Shown: positions 40,354 to 50,944, counted from the first letter of the stretch. The stretch is 64,000 bases of DNA from Candidatus Delongbacteria bacterium (GCA_963663545.1 OY760505.1:3456001-3520000); one strand, 5' to 3'. Notes: generated by a model from the letters alone, not told the origin. Made by a program: numbers and translations.

Positions 40354-43300
40354 ATCCGCGTCGTGATACAGCCTTGCTGCTTCTGCTGCTGCTGTTGTCT
40401 TCCTTGCTGGCGGCAGCTGTGGACGTGGAGCTCCAGTCCGTTGAAGTATCACAGCCCGCCGCGCCACGCCGTCTTGGAGGCCTGCAGGCAGAGCGTGATC
40501 CAGCGCTTTCGCCCGACGGGCGCATTCTGGTTTTCAGCCGCGAGCAGGAGTACAACCACGACCTGTGGGCGCTGGACCTGGACGCTCCTCCCGGCACTTC
40601 GGCCCGGCGTTTGACGCAACATGCGGCGCCCGATTACCGACCCGCTTTCAGTCCGGATGGTCGCTGGATTTACTTTGTAAGCTGTCGCAACGATGCCGCC
40701 GGCGATATCTGGCGGCTGCGCCTGCACCGCAGCATGGGTGGCAAACTGCGCGCCGGTAAACCACAGCCTGTAATCGAGCGCGTGGGAACGCAAGACAATC
40801 CAGTGCTGGACGCAAAAGGCCGCCTCTTCTGGGACGAAGAGGGCAGTGGCGGAAGACGCGTGATGGTTTCCCCCACGGAGGGGCAGATTGACGAGGTGCT
40901 CAATCGCGCCTTTCGCCCGCAGGTGGCCGACTCGGGCTTATGGCTGATTCGCGAGGGCGCACGGCGAGGCGAGTTGGGATTTCTAGCTGATAGTCTGCTG
41001 CTCATGGACGCGACCAAGCGCGATGACGGGCTGGTTTGCCCGCCGGGACAGCCTGTAGCTGGCAGCCTGGATTTTGCGCTGGGCACAGATTGCCTTTTCC
41101 TGATCGGTCCAACAGGCGATGACGCGTCCGGCGGAACCGGCCTTTGGCGATTCAGTGCGCAGAAGAAGACGCTTCGACCGCTACTCAGCGAGCAACGCGA
41201 GCCTCGACAATTGAGTGTGGCCAGCGGCAGACTGGTGGTCTGCGAAGGGCGTCGACAGAGTCGTCTGAGTCTGTGGAATGACTGGGCCGTCGTGGATCCG
41301 GCGCCAAGTGCCGCCCTGGCGCTGAGTCGCTGGGAGGAGCATCAGGCCGATTCTCTCAGCCTGCTCTTGTTGCGCAGCCTGGCTCTCGATTGGCCCGGTA
41401 CCCCGGAGGCCGCTCGTGCCCGTTGCGAGGAAGTCCGTGTTCGCATGTCACACAACGAGGACCCCGCAGAACTGGCCGGATTGTGTGCTCGTTGGCGCAC
41501 AGAGGCGACCGGGACGGAGTGGGCCGATCGGCTGCAGGGGCTGGAGATGGCTTGCCGCATGCTCGCCGCGGAAAACTATCCGGCGCGCGCCGACGCGGGC
41601 GATCGCCTGGACCGTTTTGCCCAGTATCAGTACGAACGTCGCTTGTTCAGTGTGGCGGCCGAGTGCTGGCTGGAGCTGGGGCGCGCCTGGTTGAAGCGCG
41701 GAGACAGTGGTCGTGCCTTGAACGCTCTGTTGAAGGTGGAAACCCAGTGCAGCGCAGCGCCTGAGTTGGCCGAGGCGACCTTGTTGCGAGAGATGGCCTA
41801 CGAAATGCGCGGCGAGTTCAGTGCTGCTCTGGGAACGCTGCGACTGTTGGCAGAGCGGCACAGCGATCGTCCCGATCTGCTGGAAGGCTGGGTGCATAAG
41901 GACATCGAACGCCTGCTTGTTGTTCAGGGCGAGCGCGGTGTGTTACGTGTGCGCGACCGGCTGGGAGCGTTGGCCGTGATACGCGCATTGCGCATGGCGT
42001 ATACGTTGGAACTGGCGCGTCGCGAGGCAGCTCTGCGCAGTGGGTATCGTGAAGTAGCCCTGGAGGATCTGGATCAGATCCTTAGTATCGATCCGGCGGA
42101 GCTGAATCCTTTTGAAACACGCATCTTCACGCGTGCTCTGCTGCTGCGTGCCGAGCTGCTGGCACTGGAGGGTCGCGAAACCCTGGCCTTGGCGGAGCTA
42201 AGCCAACAGGAAGAAAAGATTGGCGCTCCTGAGAGCCGCCGCGAATTGCGCACAGCGCGAGTGCAATTACGTGTGACACGCGGACAGCGTGCTTGGCAGG
42301 CAGGCGATGTGGAGTTGTCCGCGGCAGAGTACACGCGTGCTTGCGCCTTGGATCACACCAGCGTTTCCGCATGGCGTGGACGCCTGCGGGCGCTTGCTGC
42401 CAGCGGCGCGCTCGGGCCTTTGGTGGATAGTCTGCGTGTTACAGCGGAGTCTCCGGAAGCTCGCGCCATCGACTACTATGCCCTTGGATTGGCGCTATCA
42501 TGGCAGGCCGAGGAGGATTTGGCCCAGCTTCCAGAGTCGCGGCTGTGGCTACAGCGTGCAATCAACGCAGATCAGGATCTGAGCGCTGCCTATCTCACTC
42601 TTGGCTGGGACATGGCGCGTGATATCGAGCTGTTGGAAAGTCGCAAGCAAGGCTTCCGCGCTTTTCTGAGCGAACTGGGCGCACACCGTGAGCGACTGCA
42701 GAAGCTGCGTTTCGACCGCGCTGGTTTGCTGGCGGATGAGAGCGTCGATCAATTGCGCAGTAGGGCAATCGAAGTCCTCAAGCGAGGATTGATTGTATCA
42801 CAGGCGCAGGGTGACTCTTTGCTGGCCGCTGACCTGGCGCAAAACCTGGGCAACCTCTTCTTCAGCATGGGCGAGTTCGGTGCACAACGGGCTGGACAAG
42901 CCTACACGGCACGCCTGGACTATTCTACGCATTTCGACAACGAGCGCGAAGAGCTGCGCTTTCGCCAGTGCCGTGGCATCGCTCTGCATTGGGAAGGGCG
43001 TCTGGAGGCGGCCACTGTAGAACTGGATCGCGCTCTTGAACTGGCGCTTGGGCTGGGCGAAAGTGAGTTGCAGCGCAGTCTGCTGGGACGGCTGGGCCTG
43101 CTGGCTTCTGAGCAGAGCGATCCCCTTAAAGCACAGGGCTATTACGCGCGTGCTCTTGCCCTTGAGGGCAATGCCGGGCAGCGAGCCATGCTACATCGCA
43201 ATTTGGCGCTGCTTTATAGCGAATTGGGCGAGCGCGCCAAGGCCGGGGTTGAGTTGGCGCTGGCCAGGCAGGAGCTGGCCGAGGGCGAAAAAGACTGGCC

Positions 43301-46300
43301 GCTGCCCGATCCGCAAAACTGGCTGCGTATCAAGCTCTTTGGCCTGGGAATTCCGCTGTGGAACTTCGGCGATTTTCATACCGGTGCCGGCGTGTATCAC
43401 TGGGGACCGGAGCAGGAACGCTTGCTGCAGGAGGCGCTGGAGGCTGAGCTGGCTGCGGCAGCCGGTGAGCAGGACTCGCGGCTGGCGGGACTCAGACTGC
43501 GCCAGCGTTTGCTGAAGCGCCAGGGCGATAGCGAAGGCGAGGTTCGCCTTCAGCTTGCCATCGCCGCGCATCTGGCCACGCAAAGTGAGTTATCCGCTGC
43601 GCGCACGGCGTATCTAAGTGCCGCCGACGGAGCTGCCGATGCGGGTCTGGGCATCAGCGTCGAGGGAATGGCGATTGGTGGTGCGCTGAACTGCCTGCTG
43701 CTTGAACAAGAGCGTGATCGCGAGTGGGCGCAGACACTGAACAGGACCTACACGCGGCTGCAGGAATTGTTTGTTCGTGATACGCACGGTGAGCTTCTCC
43801 CAGCGCGCAGTCGCCTGCTACTGAAGGTGCTGGAGCTGCAGCTGCTGGAAATCGATCCCTCGTGGTCCGAACAGCCCGTTGCCCGACTGTTGAAGCAGAC
43901 CGAAATCCTGATGGCCTTGGACGCTTTGCTGTCGCAGGAAGGTGGCGCTGCGCTGGGGCCGAGGGATCGCATTCAATTGTTGACCGTGCTGGCGCGCTTG
44001 CATCTGGATCTTGGGGAACCAACGCAGGCGGAGAAGCGTCTGCGACAGGCTCTGAGCGAGCTGGGATTGGGCGAGAACGCGCCTCGAGTGCGGTTGTTGA
44101 AAGGGGATCTTCAGGCGGCTCGGGCCAAGGCTGCAGCCACCTCAACGCTTGAATTGATCCCCCGCGAGCTTCTGCTGCGAGTCGACTTCTATGTTTTGCA
44201 GCTTTTTGTAACACGGGGCCAGCGTGATGCCGCTCTTCTGCAGGCGGAGTTGTGCTTTCAGGATTTCCGCGAGTTGAACCCGACCTCGACGCAGGGTGTG
44301 AAAACGCAGTTGCGTGACGAGCTTCTGCTGGAACTTCAGTGTACCGTAGCGACACTTGATGCAGCCCATTCTGATGACCTTCTGGGCGAGATGCGCAGCT
44401 ACTACAGATGGTGGCAGGCTCAGAGTGCCCTGCTGGCACAACCGCTGCGATTGGCGGGTGAAAGCCGTTACAACCTGTGGCGCAATTGGCAGTACGATCT
44501 GCAGGCGAAAGAGGCCCTACGCGTTGAATGGCTGAACCAGGGCGCACCGATGAGTGGATTGTTGTGTGACAGCCTGCGTAGCGAGTTGCAGCGCACGACG
44601 CGTTGGCTCGGCGATGATGTGCAGCAGGCGCGCGAGCTGGACGCACACATGCTTCTCTTGATGCAGCCCGATTCGCTGCAGAGTGTAGGACCCACCGTCC
44701 CCGAACCCGGTGTGCGCTGGACCGGATCAAGCTCCGCCGTCCGGCTGCTGGCCGACAACAGTGCGCTGGGTGGGGAGTGGATCGGTCTGTTTGGCTCGCG
44801 TCAGGCAGTACAGGACAGTCTGCTGCGCGCGGCGTCCGCAGAGGCTCTGTTGCACGCTGGGGGAGAAGAACAGGAAGCACGTCTGCTTGCCTTTGACGCC
44901 CTTTTGCACTTGCATCGGGGAGCACCGCTTTCGTCATGGCTCGAGTTTGCCGACGGTCAGCGCCTGGCTTTGGCCAGCCTGTCTGCGCTGGAGTTCCCTG
45001 GAGATCAGCTCCTGCTGCGCGGTGTGCTGCTGGAGGGGGATGAGTCCACCGATTCGAGTCGTGCCTGGCTCAGTCTCGAGCGTCTATTGGGGCTGTGCGA
45101 TTTGCGACAGCTGTGGATTCCAGCCACTCCTGTCAAGGAGGCTGAGTTCCCGGCACTGGCATTGGAGCTACTGAACACCGGTGATACACAAGTGTTGTGT
45201 TACATGCTGGGTGCCTCTGATTTGGCGCAAGAGGAGCGCAATCAGCGACTACGTTCCGGCATTCAGCACATGGCCGATTTGGGCAGTTACTACGACAAGC
45301 AGGAGCAGGCGGATCCGGCCTGGCGCAGCTACCGGCGCGGGCTCGACCTTTGTCTGCGACGCGGTTCGAGCGATGTAGCCGGACGCTTGCTGGTCGCTGC
45401 CGCACGCAGTGCTGTGGAGGGCACGCATCCAGCGGAAGCCCTGGACGTACTGCTTCCTCTGCGCAAGCAGATTCCGGCAGGCAGCTACGACAGCCGGACG
45501 TTGGCGCGACACCTCTCCTATCTGGCGGATCTGGCGGGCGAGAGCTCACTTGCGGATAGTCTCTGGCGCACAGAAGCCAGTGTCACAAAGGACTTTGGCA
45601 TCGCGGCGACCTTCGGAAAATCCAGCAACGATTCCCTTGTATTACGCGGCGGTCAGCCACTGGACGAGATCAGCGCCCGTCGCTTGCTTGACTCTCGCCT
45701 GGCTACGCTGAAAGCCCACGGCCTGCATCAGCGTGTGGCGGAGCTGGCGCGAAGCTTGGAGCTAAGGCCGGCAGACGAAGATCCGGTGCGCGCGCTCTTT
45801 CTGGGCAAGCTCTATCTGGATGATGGTGACGCGCTGCGTGCGCTCGAGTGCTTGCAAGCTGAGGGAGTGCTGTGGCAGAATCTCAACAGTGCTGCGGGAC
45901 TGGATCGCTGGGAGCTGATCAGCATTTGTTGCCAGCGGCTGGACCTGCTGCCCGACGCCGCTCGTGCTTTCGCGCACGCCGATACTTTGCTCGCAACGGG
46001 GCGTTGGGTCGAGGCGCGCCTGGCGCTTCATGCACTTCGCGCGGCGGACTTTGCGCTGCTGCAGGGGCGTCCTGATCATGCCTGGTTGAAGTTGGAAGAG
46101 GCGCGCGCGTTACTTCCCCAGGACGATCATGCTCTGTGGTTGTTGTACGAGAACACAAGCGGCCTGATTCGTCACCAACTGAAGGAATACGCCGAGGCTG
46201 AACAACACTACCAGCGAGCGTTGGATCACGCGCTGCGGCTGGGAGTACCCGCCGAGTTAAGCGCTGTGCACAACAATCTGGCGCGTTCGCTGCTTGCGTC

Positions 46301-48155
46301 CGGTGATACACAGGCCTCACTGGAGCACTGTCGTCAGGCAGAGCAGCAGGATAGTCTGGCAGGGGGCGCAGGACATCCCGCAGTCAGTCTGCGCAACGAA
46401 GCTCTGGCTTGGCTGGCGTTGGCGCGCGCACAGACGAGTGCGCTTGCACGACGTAGTTCGCTGCAGCAGGCGACGGGAGTGTTGGATCGCGCGGATGCCT
46501 TGTCGGGATTGCGGCCAACAGAGACCGCCTGGATCACGCTGACACGGCTGGAATTGATGCTGATGCAGAGCGTTGGACCCAAGGCCGAGGAGCTGGCCAG
46601 AACTCTATATGCTCAAGCAAAAGCGGGAGATTGGTTCGAGCTTCGTTGGCGCAGTGCGCTCGTCCTTGGCCGTGTGTTACAGGCGCGTGATGAGGATCGC
46701 GAGGCCATTCGACTTCTGCGTGACGAGCAAGGATGGCTGAACGAGCGACAAGGTCTGATGCCTGGCTTGCGCTTCGGTGGACCGGTGCGCGAAGCCAGAA
46801 GTGAGCTGGCGGAAGTGCTGGTTGATCTGCTTGCCTCACGTGACCGCGGGCTTGAAGCGCTCTACGCAGTTGAACAGGCTCGTAGCAGCAGTCTGGGTGA
46901 GCTGCTGCGCAGGCGCGCTCATCGTGATACGGCTGACAACGAGTTGCTGAACCAGCGTGATGCAAGCGCCGCTGCCTTGACCTTGGCTCTGCTGGACCAG
47001 CGCGTTGGCGCACGGACACGTGACAGTTTGCGGACTGAGGTAGATCGCTTGCAGTTGGCCTTGGATGCCCGTGATACAGATGCCAGCGGAACACAACGCC
47101 TGTTGGCGCACGAGAGTCATCTGCAGCGGTTGCTGGATAAATTGGATCCCGATGACCTGCTTCTGTGTTGGCAACCCCTGGCCGAAGGCGGTTGGTGCCT
47201 TGCCGCGCGGGACGGCAAAGTGGAGTTGGCACCGCTTGAGTGCAATGCCCGTGAGTTGGATGAACTCGTCGGTCTGCACCGACAGCGATTGCTGGATCTG
47301 CTGAATACGACGGGCAGTGGCCGACGACTTGCTGAGCTGCTGCTGGATCCCGTGCTGAAGACTCAAACCAGCCCACCGCGTCGTTTGATCGTAATTACGG
47401 GTGGACGCCTGCAACAGCTTCCCTTCAGCACGCTGGTGCTTGAGGATGGAAGTTTGCTGCTGGAACATTGGCCGCTGATTCAATCCGGCAGCCTAAGTTT
47501 GCTGGCCAATAGTTCTGCTCCGAGCGCTTGTGGACCCGGTCTGGTGCTGAGCGATCCCCGCGTCGAGGGCGTATCACAGCTTGATTTTGCCGAATTGGAA
47601 GGGCAGTCGATTGCCGAATTGTGGCCGGACGTTGAGACGCGTAGTGGAACGGCAGCCAGTGAAGAGGCCGTTCGTGCAGACACCCTGGCGCGCAGCTTTC
47701 GTCACTTCAGCTGCCATGCGCTGCACGATCCGCGAAGCGCAGTGGCCAGCGGACTGCTGCTGACGCCGACTCCCGGCTATGACGGGCGGCTGGACGCAGG
47801 CGAGTTGGCGGGCTTGGATCTGCCCAGTGGACTGGTCATGCTCAGTGCTTGTGAGACAGGACTGGGGCGCATGGGGCAGGGAGACGAGGTCAACGGCCTG
47901 CCCGAGGCCTTTGCAGTGGCTGGAGCAGCCAGCGTAATCAGTTCACTTTGGAAAGTGGAAGACCTGGCGACTGCGGTGCTGGTGAAGCATCTTTATCGCG
48001 CCCTGGCGCAGGGGGAAAGCCTTGATGAGGCGCTGCGGCAGGCGCAGCTTCGCGTACGCGATTCCATTAATCCACATCCGGCCTACTGGGGCGCGTTTAC
48101 GCTTTCTGGATCGGGAGAGAATCCATTTGACGACAGGATACAAAGCGGCGAGTAG
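40350..48155 (+). CDS. Exported PD40 + TPR + CHAT (caspase-like) protease
   Basis: Hydrophobic signal; PALSPDG and PAFSPDG repeats; long TPR-like region; CHAT motifs LPFSTL, HFSCHA, LSACETG, SLWKVED, HPAYWGAF. Confidence 0.88.
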   Translation: MNPRRDTALLLLLLLLSSLLAAAVDVELQSVEVSQPAAPRRLGGLQAERDPALSPDGRILVFSREQEYNHDLWALDLDAPPGTSARRLTQHAAPDYRPAFSPDGRWIYFVSCRNDAAGDIWRLRLHRSMGGKLRAGKPQPVIERVGTQDNPVLDAKGRLFWDEEGSGGRRVMVSPTEGQIDEVLNRAFRPQVADSGLWLIREGARRGELGFLADSLLLMDATKRDDGLVCPPGQPVAGSLDFALGTDCLFLIGPTGDDASGGTGLWRFSAQKKTLRPLLSEQREPRQLSVASGRLVVCEGRRQSRLSLWNDWAVVDPAPSAALALSRWEEHQADSLSLLLLRSLALDWPGTPEAARARCEEVRVRMSHNEDPAELAGLCARWRTEATGTEWADRLQGLEMACRMLAAENYPARADAGDRLDRFAQYQYERRLFSVAAECWLELGRAWLKRGDSGRALNALLKVETQCSAAPELAEATLLREMAYEMRGEFSAALGTLRLLAERHSDRPDLLEGWVHKDIERLLVVQGERGVLRVRDRLGALAVIRALRMAYTLELARREAALRSGYREVALEDLDQILSIDPAELNPFETRIFTRALLLRAELLALEGRETLALAELSQQEEKIGAPESRRELRTARVQLRVTRGQRAWQAGDVELSAAEYTRACALDHTSVSAWRGRLRALAASGALGPLVDSLRVTAESPEARAIDYYALGLALSWQAEEDLAQLPESRLWLQRAINADQDLSAAYLTLGWDMARDIELLESRKQGFRAFLSELGAHRERLQKLRFDRAGLLADESVDQLRSRAIEVLKRGLIVSQAQGDSLLAADLAQNLGNLFFSMGEFGAQRAGQAYTARLDYSTHFDNEREELRFRQCRGIALHWEGRLEAATVELDRALELALGLGESELQRSLLGRLGLLASEQSDPLKAQGYYARALALEGNAGQRAMLHRNLALLYSELGERAKAGVELALARQELAEGEKDWPLPDPQNWLRIKLFGLGIPLWNFGDFHTGAGVYHWGPEQERLLQEALEAELAAAAGEQDSRLAGLRLRQRLLKRQGDSEGEVRLQLAIAAHLATQSELSAARTAYLSAADGAADAGLGISVEGMAIGGALNCLLLEQERDREWAQTLNRTYTRLQELFVRDTHGELLPARSRLLLKVLELQLLEIDPSWSEQPVARLLKQTEILMALDALLSQEGGAALGPRDRIQLLTVLARLHLDLGEPTQAEKRLRQALSELGLGENAPRVRLLKGDLQAARAKAAATSTLELIPRELLLRVDFYVLQLFVTRGQRDAALLQAELCFQDFRELNPTSTQGVKTQLRDELLLELQCTVATLDAAHSDDLLGEMRSYYRWWQAQSALLAQPLRLAGESRYNLWRNWQYDLQAKEALRVEWLNQGAPMSGLLCDSLRSELQRTTRWLGDDVQQARELDAHMLLLMQPDSLQSVGPTVPEPGVRWTGSSSAVRLLADNSALGGEWIGLFGSRQAVQDSLLRAASAEALLHAGGEEQEARLLAFDALLHLHRGAPLSSWLEFADGQRLALASLSALEFPGDQLLLRGVLLEGDESTDSSRAWLSLERLLGLCDLRQLWIPATPVKEAEFPALALELLNTGDTQVLCYMLGASDLAQEERNQRLRSGIQHMADLGSYYDKQEQADPAWRSYRRGLDLCLRRGSSDVAGRLLVAAARSAVEGTHPAEALDVLLPLRKQIPAGSYDSRTLARHLSYLADLAGESSLADSLWRTEASVTKDFGIAATFGKSSNDSLVLRGGQPLDEISARRLLDSRLATLKAHGLHQRVAELARSLELRPADEDPVRALFLGKLYLDDGDALRALECLQAEGVLWQNLNSAAGLDRWELISICCQRLDLLPDAARAFAHADTLLATGRWVEARLALHALRAADFALLQGRPDHAWLKLEEARALLPQDDHALWLLYENTSGLIRHQLKEYAEAEQHYQRALDHALRLGVPAELSAVHNNLARSLLASGDTQASLEHCRQAEQQDSLAGGAGHPAVSLRNEALAWLALARAQTSALARRSSLQQATGVLDRADALSGLRPTETAWITLTRLELMLMQSVGPKAEELARTLYAQAKAGDWFELRWRSALVLGRVLQARDEDREAIRLLRDEQGWLNERQGLMPGLRFGGPVREARSELAEVLVDLLASRDRGLEALYAVEQARSSSLGELLRRRAHRDTADNELLNQRDASAAALTLALLDQRVGARTRDSLRTEVDRLQLALDARDTDASGTQRLLAHESHLQRLLDKLDPDDLLLCWQPLAEGGWCLAARDGKVELAPLECNARELDELVGLHRQRLLDLLNTTGSGRRLAELLLDPVLKTQTSPPRRLIVITGGRLQQLPFSTLVLEDGSLLLEHWPLIQSGSLSLLANSSAPSACGPGLVLSDPRVEGVSQLDFAELEGQSIAELWPDVETRSGTAASEEAVRADTLARSFRHFSCHALHDPRSAVASGLLLTPTPGYDGRLDAGELAGLDLPSGLVMLSACETGLGRMGQGDEVNGLPEAFAVAGAASVISSLWKVEDLATAVLVKHLYRALAQGESLDEALRQAQLRVRDSINPHPAYWGAFTLSGSGENPFDDRIQSGE

Positions 48156-48214
48156 GAATCCATTCGCCGAATGCCGATAGTCCTGTATAATGGAAACTTC
48201 GAGTTCGCAAAAGC

Positions 48215-48243
48215 TTGACAGATATGGCACAAAGCGATAGGAT
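48215..48243 (+). promoter_or_regulatory. Sigma-70 promoter candidate for glmS
   Basis: TTGACA-17 nt-TAGGAT; a second TATAAT at 48186-48191. Confidence 0.6.
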
Positions 48244-48284
48244 TAGCCCTTCTATCATAACGAGCTTTGTGCCCAAGGGAGTCC

Positions 48285-50921
48285 ATGAACTGCTTTCGTT
48301 CGCTACTTCGTTTGCTGGCCAGTGTGCCGGTACCTGTGTTTGGAACACGCCAAGCCCTGGGCTGCGGCGTATTAGGGCTGGTGTATCACAAACGCAATGC
48401 GCGATTGGGAGAGTTGGCATCAGAACTGTTGCGCGTGCTGGAATACCGCGGCTACGACAGTACGGGTGCAGCCATTCAAGACGGTGATACAGTTACGTTG
48501 CGCAAAGCCCCGGGGGCTCCCAGCGAGATTTGCCCAAAACTGGGTTTGCCCGAGTTGGCTGGCGAGGTCTTTTGCGGACAGGTGCGCTGGGCGACCTTTG
48601 GCGCGGTAGACGAGGTGAACGCGCAACCCCACGAAGTGCGCTGTAAACGACACATCTACGGTGCTCACAACGGCAATATCAGCAATGCACCCAATCTGAA
48701 ACAGTGGCTACTCTCCGAGGGGCACAAGGTGCTCTCGGACAACGACGGCGAAATGCTCGTGCATCTGCTTGAGCACCTCTATGACGAGGAGCTCAAGAAA
48801 GAGGAAAGCGATCGTCGTGCGGCCATGCGTCGTGCCATTGTGCGTGCCGGTGAGCGTGTTCAGGGTTCCTACGCGGCTGTGGTGGTCATTCCTGAAGAGA
48901 AGGTGATGTACGCCATCAAGGCGGGCTCCAGCCTGTATCTGGGGCTGAGCAACAGCGGTGCCGAGAATCCTTTCGTTTTCGCGTCCAGTGACTACACCTC
49001 AGTCCTCAAACTTACCCGGCTTGTCGTACCACTGCGACGCGGACAGTTTGTCGAGTACGATGCAGACGGCTACCAGGTGTACGCCGCCGCCGACTTGAAA
49101 CTGCGCGACGAGGAGGCTGTGATCCACGAGTACGCAGCAGGGCAGCCCATTGATGTGGAGCCGCGCTTCAGCACGCTGCAGATCGGTGACATTCAGCTGC
49201 GCGATGACTTCGAGTATTTCATGGATCAGGAGATTGCTGACGAGGCGGAGAGTGCTGCGCGTCTGGTGCGCTACTTCTCCCTGGGCAGCGAGCGTCTGCG
49301 CGCTTTCCGCGAGGCCATGAAGGGCAGCCGACTGCTGTTATCTGCAGCCGAAAACCAATTGCAGGCGCTGACCATGGCGCAGAGTCCGACCGCACTGCAG
49401 GCCGCGTTGGACGAGCTTTTCGGCAACGATGCCCTTTGGGAGCTGTTCTGCGATCTGCCTGACGACGTTCGCGCCGATCATCGCTTCTACAGCGATCACG
49501 CAGCCATTCTGAGCGAAGCCTGGAACCAGCGCTGTGAACATCCGCGCCGCGAGCTCATTTTGCTGGCCGATCTCTATGCCGAAAACGACGAGATCAACGA
49601 TCTCAACACAAACCTGATTCGCTTTGTCGAGGATGCGCGCCATTGTCTCGAACAAGGCGGGCAGATCTACGCCGTCTGTTCGGGTACCAGCTACAACGCT
49701 GCCCGCACCGGCGCACTCTTTTTCAACGACCTCTGCGGCGTCAAGTTTGTACCGCTGCTGCCGGGCGAGTACCGCGGACAATACAACCACTGCCTCTGCG
49801 ATCGCGATTTGCTGATCACCATCAGCCAGTCGGGCGAGACCAAGGATGTGATTGACGTGGTGGACGATGTTTGTGCCAAAGCACCGGGGATTCGCCACCT
49901 GAGTCTGGTCAACAACATGAATTCCACCTTGGCCCAGGAGAAGGCCGATTACGCCATTCCACTGCGCTGTGGCCCCGAAATTGCCGTGCCCGCGACCAAG
50001 AGCTTCATTAATCAGCTCACAATTCTATATGGCATGGCGCTCTATCTGGCTGCCGCACTGGGCGGACGTCCCCAGAATGGCGAGCGTCGCCGGCACGAGG
50101 GCTTCTCGTGCATCATCAGCCGACGCGAGCGACTGGCGCAAATTCCCGAGGTGCTCAAGGCAACCTGGCGTGACACAGAGCAACAGGTGGAGGAAGCTGC
50201 CAGCCTGCTCTATCTCGCACCCAGCCTGCACATTCTGGCAACGCGCATGTGGGGCGTGGCTCGCGAAGGCGCACTCAAGATCCGCGAAGTAGTGTTGAAT
50301 CACGCCGAGGGGATCGAGGCCACCGAATTCAAGCACGGTCCCAACACCATTCTTGGACGTAACACGGGCTACGGCATGGACCAAGTCTGGCGCTTTGTGT
50401 CACGGCTTGGCAAAGATCTGCACGCTATGGGAACAGGTGGAGAAGAAGCCGCCGGTCTGCTGGAACGTATCACACGCGAGCTACTGGACGAAGGTGAAGT
50501 GGGTAGTCTGCAAACTTTGCCGGGTGTGCAGAACGGGCTGTTTGACAGTCTGGACCGCGATTATCCGCTGGTCTACATCACCGGACCGGGCAAGCGCGAC
50601 GTGGAACTGACCATCACGCAGATCAACACTCATAAGATTCGCGGTGCCAGTACGATTGTCATTGCAGAACCCGATGAGGATCTGATTCGTGCTACACTGG
50701 AAGCGCCGATGGGCAACACGAGTTATCGCGGTATTTTCATCCCGCTTCCTGCCACCGGTGACATGATCTACACCACCTTCAGCTCCATTCTTGTGTTACA
50801 GCGACTGGCGCTGCGCATGTGTCTGCGCAAAATGACGCTGCTGGACGCCATGGGCATCAAGGATCACGGAGTACATCCAGACTCTCCCAAGAACGTCTCC
50901 AAGAGTATCACGGTGGACTGA
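48285..50921 (+). CDS. glmS: Glutamine-fructose-6-phosphate aminotransferase, long atypical form
   Basis: CGVLG, LEYRGYDS, RWAT, HNGNI, SQSGETKD, GPEIAVPATKSF, EGALKIRE, EFKHGP, PKNVSKSITVD. ATG 48285 after AAGGGAG. Confidence 0.85.
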   Translation: MNCFRSLLRLLASVPVPVFGTRQALGCGVLGLVYHKRNARLGELASELLRVLEYRGYDSTGAAIQDGDTVTLRKAPGAPSEICPKLGLPELAGEVFCGQVRWATFGAVDEVNAQPHEVRCKRHIYGAHNGNISNAPNLKQWLLSEGHKVLSDNDGEMLVHLLEHLYDEELKKEESDRRAAMRRAIVRAGERVQGSYAAVVVIPEEKVMYAIKAGSSLYLGLSNSGAENPFVFASSDYTSVLKLTRLVVPLRRGQFVEYDADGYQVYAAADLKLRDEEAVIHEYAAGQPIDVEPRFSTLQIGDIQLRDDFEYFMDQEIADEAESAARLVRYFSLGSERLRAFREAMKGSRLLLSAAENQLQALTMAQSPTALQAALDELFGNDALWELFCDLPDDVRADHRFYSDHAAILSEAWNQRCEHPRRELILLADLYAENDEINDLNTNLIRFVEDARHCLEQGGQIYAVCSGTSYNAARTGALFFNDLCGVKFVPLLPGEYRGQYNHCLCDRDLLITISQSGETKDVIDVVDDVCAKAPGIRHLSLVNNMNSTLAQEKADYAIPLRCGPEIAVPATKSFINQLTILYGMALYLAAALGGRPQNGERRRHEGFSCIISRRERLAQIPEVLKATWRDTEQQVEEAASLLYLAPSLHILATRMWGVAREGALKIREVVLNHAEGIEATEFKHGPNTILGRNTGYGMDQVWRFVSRLGKDLHAMGTGGEEAAGLLERITRELLDEGEVGSLQTLPGVQNGLFDSLDRDYPLVYITGPGKRDVELTITQINTHKIRGASTIVIAEPDEDLIRATLEAPMGNTSYRGIFIPLPATGDMIYTTFSSILVLQRLALRMCLRKMTLLDAMGIKDHGVHPDSPKNVSKSITVD

Positions 50922-50944
50922 ATCCGCTGACCATTGAATCTTCC

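Noticed and set aside
40350..48155. Craspase, gasdermin or other CHAT-based anti-phage system
   Set aside because: No Cas7-11, gasdermin or effector neighbour recognised; the protein has a signal peptide and sits among envelope and housekeeping genes.
48156..48284. glmS ribozyme
   Set aside because: The conserved core is not recognisable and the leader from the best promoter is too short.
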